The notes under the pieces were generated by a model. The model ran no database searches. It worked only from the letters and a program-made list of their open reading frames with translations, and was not told the origin of the DNA. From positions 1 to 43,286 of the forward strand of contig CAMKFP010000002.1 in the NCBI GenBank assembly GCA_946411895.1: 43,286 nt of DNA, given 5' to 3'. The stretch is from an uncultured Bacillales bacterium. Lineage in GTDB: Bacteria; Bacillota_I; Bacilli_A; RFN20; CAG-826. How positions within the stretch are numbered: position 1 is the stretch's first letter; each line of letters starts with the position of its first letter. Positions 42,522 to 43,286 of this stretch are shown here, in pieces. The translations under genes and the position numbers were made by a program.

Positions 42522-43286
42522 ATGCATTACAATTACTACTTCGAATTATGTTGTCTCATATTCCTTGTAGGGATTGCTATCGCCTATTTTTCTAGAAAGA
42601 AATTCCCCACAGCGATATTCACGTTGTTTGGGGTTTCTTTAATTGTGGTCATCATAGATGTCGCCTCAAACGTTGCTTCATCTATATCTTTAGATTATTC
42701 AGATAAAATTTCACCTTTATGGTGCGAGGGTTTTTCAGAGGTTTTCTATTTCTGTCAGGTCTTTTGTTCTTATCTATTGTTTGCCTATATTCTTTACACG
42801 GTTGGAAAGTCATTTAGATATCAACCACTTTATTTATTAACAGCTATACCTTCTGTTATATTCTCACTCATCTTATTCACTAACCCTATCCACCACTGGA
42901 TTTTCTATACAAAGCTAGGTGAAAACGGCTTATATGACTTCCAACACGGAATTCTTTATCCACTTATTTATGCAGTAGGAGGACTTAATGTCCTATCAAC
43001 TCTTATCTATACAGTGTATTTCAAAAAGTCGTTACAAACGAAAGTTGCTACGACTCTTTCGATGATTACTGCAATCAACGTTGTCATTATCGTCATTCAA
43101 ATATTCCTACCTAAATATCTTTTGTCAGGTATGGCTTATACAACCTCGATAGTTATTGCTATCATCACGGTGAATGACCCAGATGAAAAGGTTGATAGAT
43201 CTTGTAAAGTTTTCAACAATGAAGCGTTTATTGATTATATCAATACCCAAAGATATGAACAGCAAAGAAAGCATTATATCATTTTT
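42522..43286 (+). CDS. 3'-truncated polytopic membrane protein, possibly the sensor domain of a GGDEF-type diguanylate cyclase
   Basis: This ORF is not in the track. I translated it by hand. ATG 42522 follows an in-frame TAG at 42498-42500, and 255 codons stay open to the window end. About six hydrophobic helices are followed by DPDEKVDRSCKVFNNEAFIDYIN, which resembles the D-x-L-T-x-L-x-N-R-x-A-F entry of GGDEF domains. The call is weak because the domain is cut off. Confidence 0.65.
   Translation, partial: MHYNYYFELCCLIFLVGIAIAYFSRKKFPTAIFTLFGVSLIVVIIDVASNVASSISLDYSDKISPLWCEGFSEVFYFCQVFCSYLLFAYILYTVGKSFRYQPLYLLTAIPSVIFSLILFTNPIHHWIFYTKLGENGLYDFQHGILYPLIYAVGGLNVLSTLIYTVYFKKSLQTKVATTLSMITAINVVIIVIQIFLPKYLLSGMAYTTSIVIAIITVNDPDEKVDRSCKVFNNEAFIDYINTQRYEQQRKHYIIF

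Noticed and set aside
1-43286. I searched for CRISPR arrays, tRNA/rRNA genes, IS elements, integrases and phage genes.
   Set aside because: I found no regularly spaced direct repeats, no tRNA-like or rRNA-like segments in the few intergenic regions, and no transposase or recombinase motifs in any ORF.
1-43286. I considered Mycoplasma/Spiroplasma genetic code 4 (TGA = Trp).
   Set aside because: About 13,000 codons of long ORFs contain no in-frame TGA, and Trp is always TGG. The 1236-aa gene ends in TGA exactly where its terminal CBM-like module ends (DDIRLVK), as in its paralogues.

Overview
This is a low-GC, Firmicutes/Mollicutes-like chromosomal segment that is almost entirely coding and dedicated to glycan capture and catabolism. 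I found no rRNA, tRNA, CRISPR array, transposase or integrase. The standard genetic code applies: Trp is always TGG, and TGA ends one gene. There are four blocks. (1) nt 1-9324, plus strand, is one operon. It holds a 5'-truncated Ig-repeat surface protein, a DUF4838-like lipoprotein, a Big_2 lipoprotein, an NBD-only ABC ATPase, a DUF624/YesL-like membrane protein and a cytoplasmic GH38 alpha-mannosidase. (2) nt 9313-19267, minus strand, holds three giant exported proteins (840, 1044 and 1236 aa). They share an unnamed N-terminal module and C-terminal CBM-like modules but carry different cores: a CBM/Big_2 core, a DUF4886 esterase-like core and a GH55-like tandem beta-helix. (3) nt 19484-20891, minus strand, is an overlapping pair: a zinc-ribbon membrane protein and a double-YccF membrane protein. 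(4) nt 21069-42241, minus strand, is an 18-gene tightly packed mannoside-utilisation locus. It contains a phosphohexomutase, two cytoplasmic esterases, CBM lipoproteins, a LacI regulator, two GH130 phosphorylases, an LplABC-type importer, a clan GH-A lipoprotein, an SGNH lipoprotein, three unknown membrane proteins and a 629-aa MalK-like ATPase with a triplicated regulatory domain. A 3'-truncated membrane protein that is absent from the ORF track starts at 42522 (+). The most interesting signals are these: the ABC-ATPase/DUF624 pairing, which occurs twice; a conserved triple GTAAAC direct-repeat architecture upstream of two operon starts; the modular surface-protein trio; and the elongated ATPase. 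All family names come from motif recognition by eye and need HMM confirmation.
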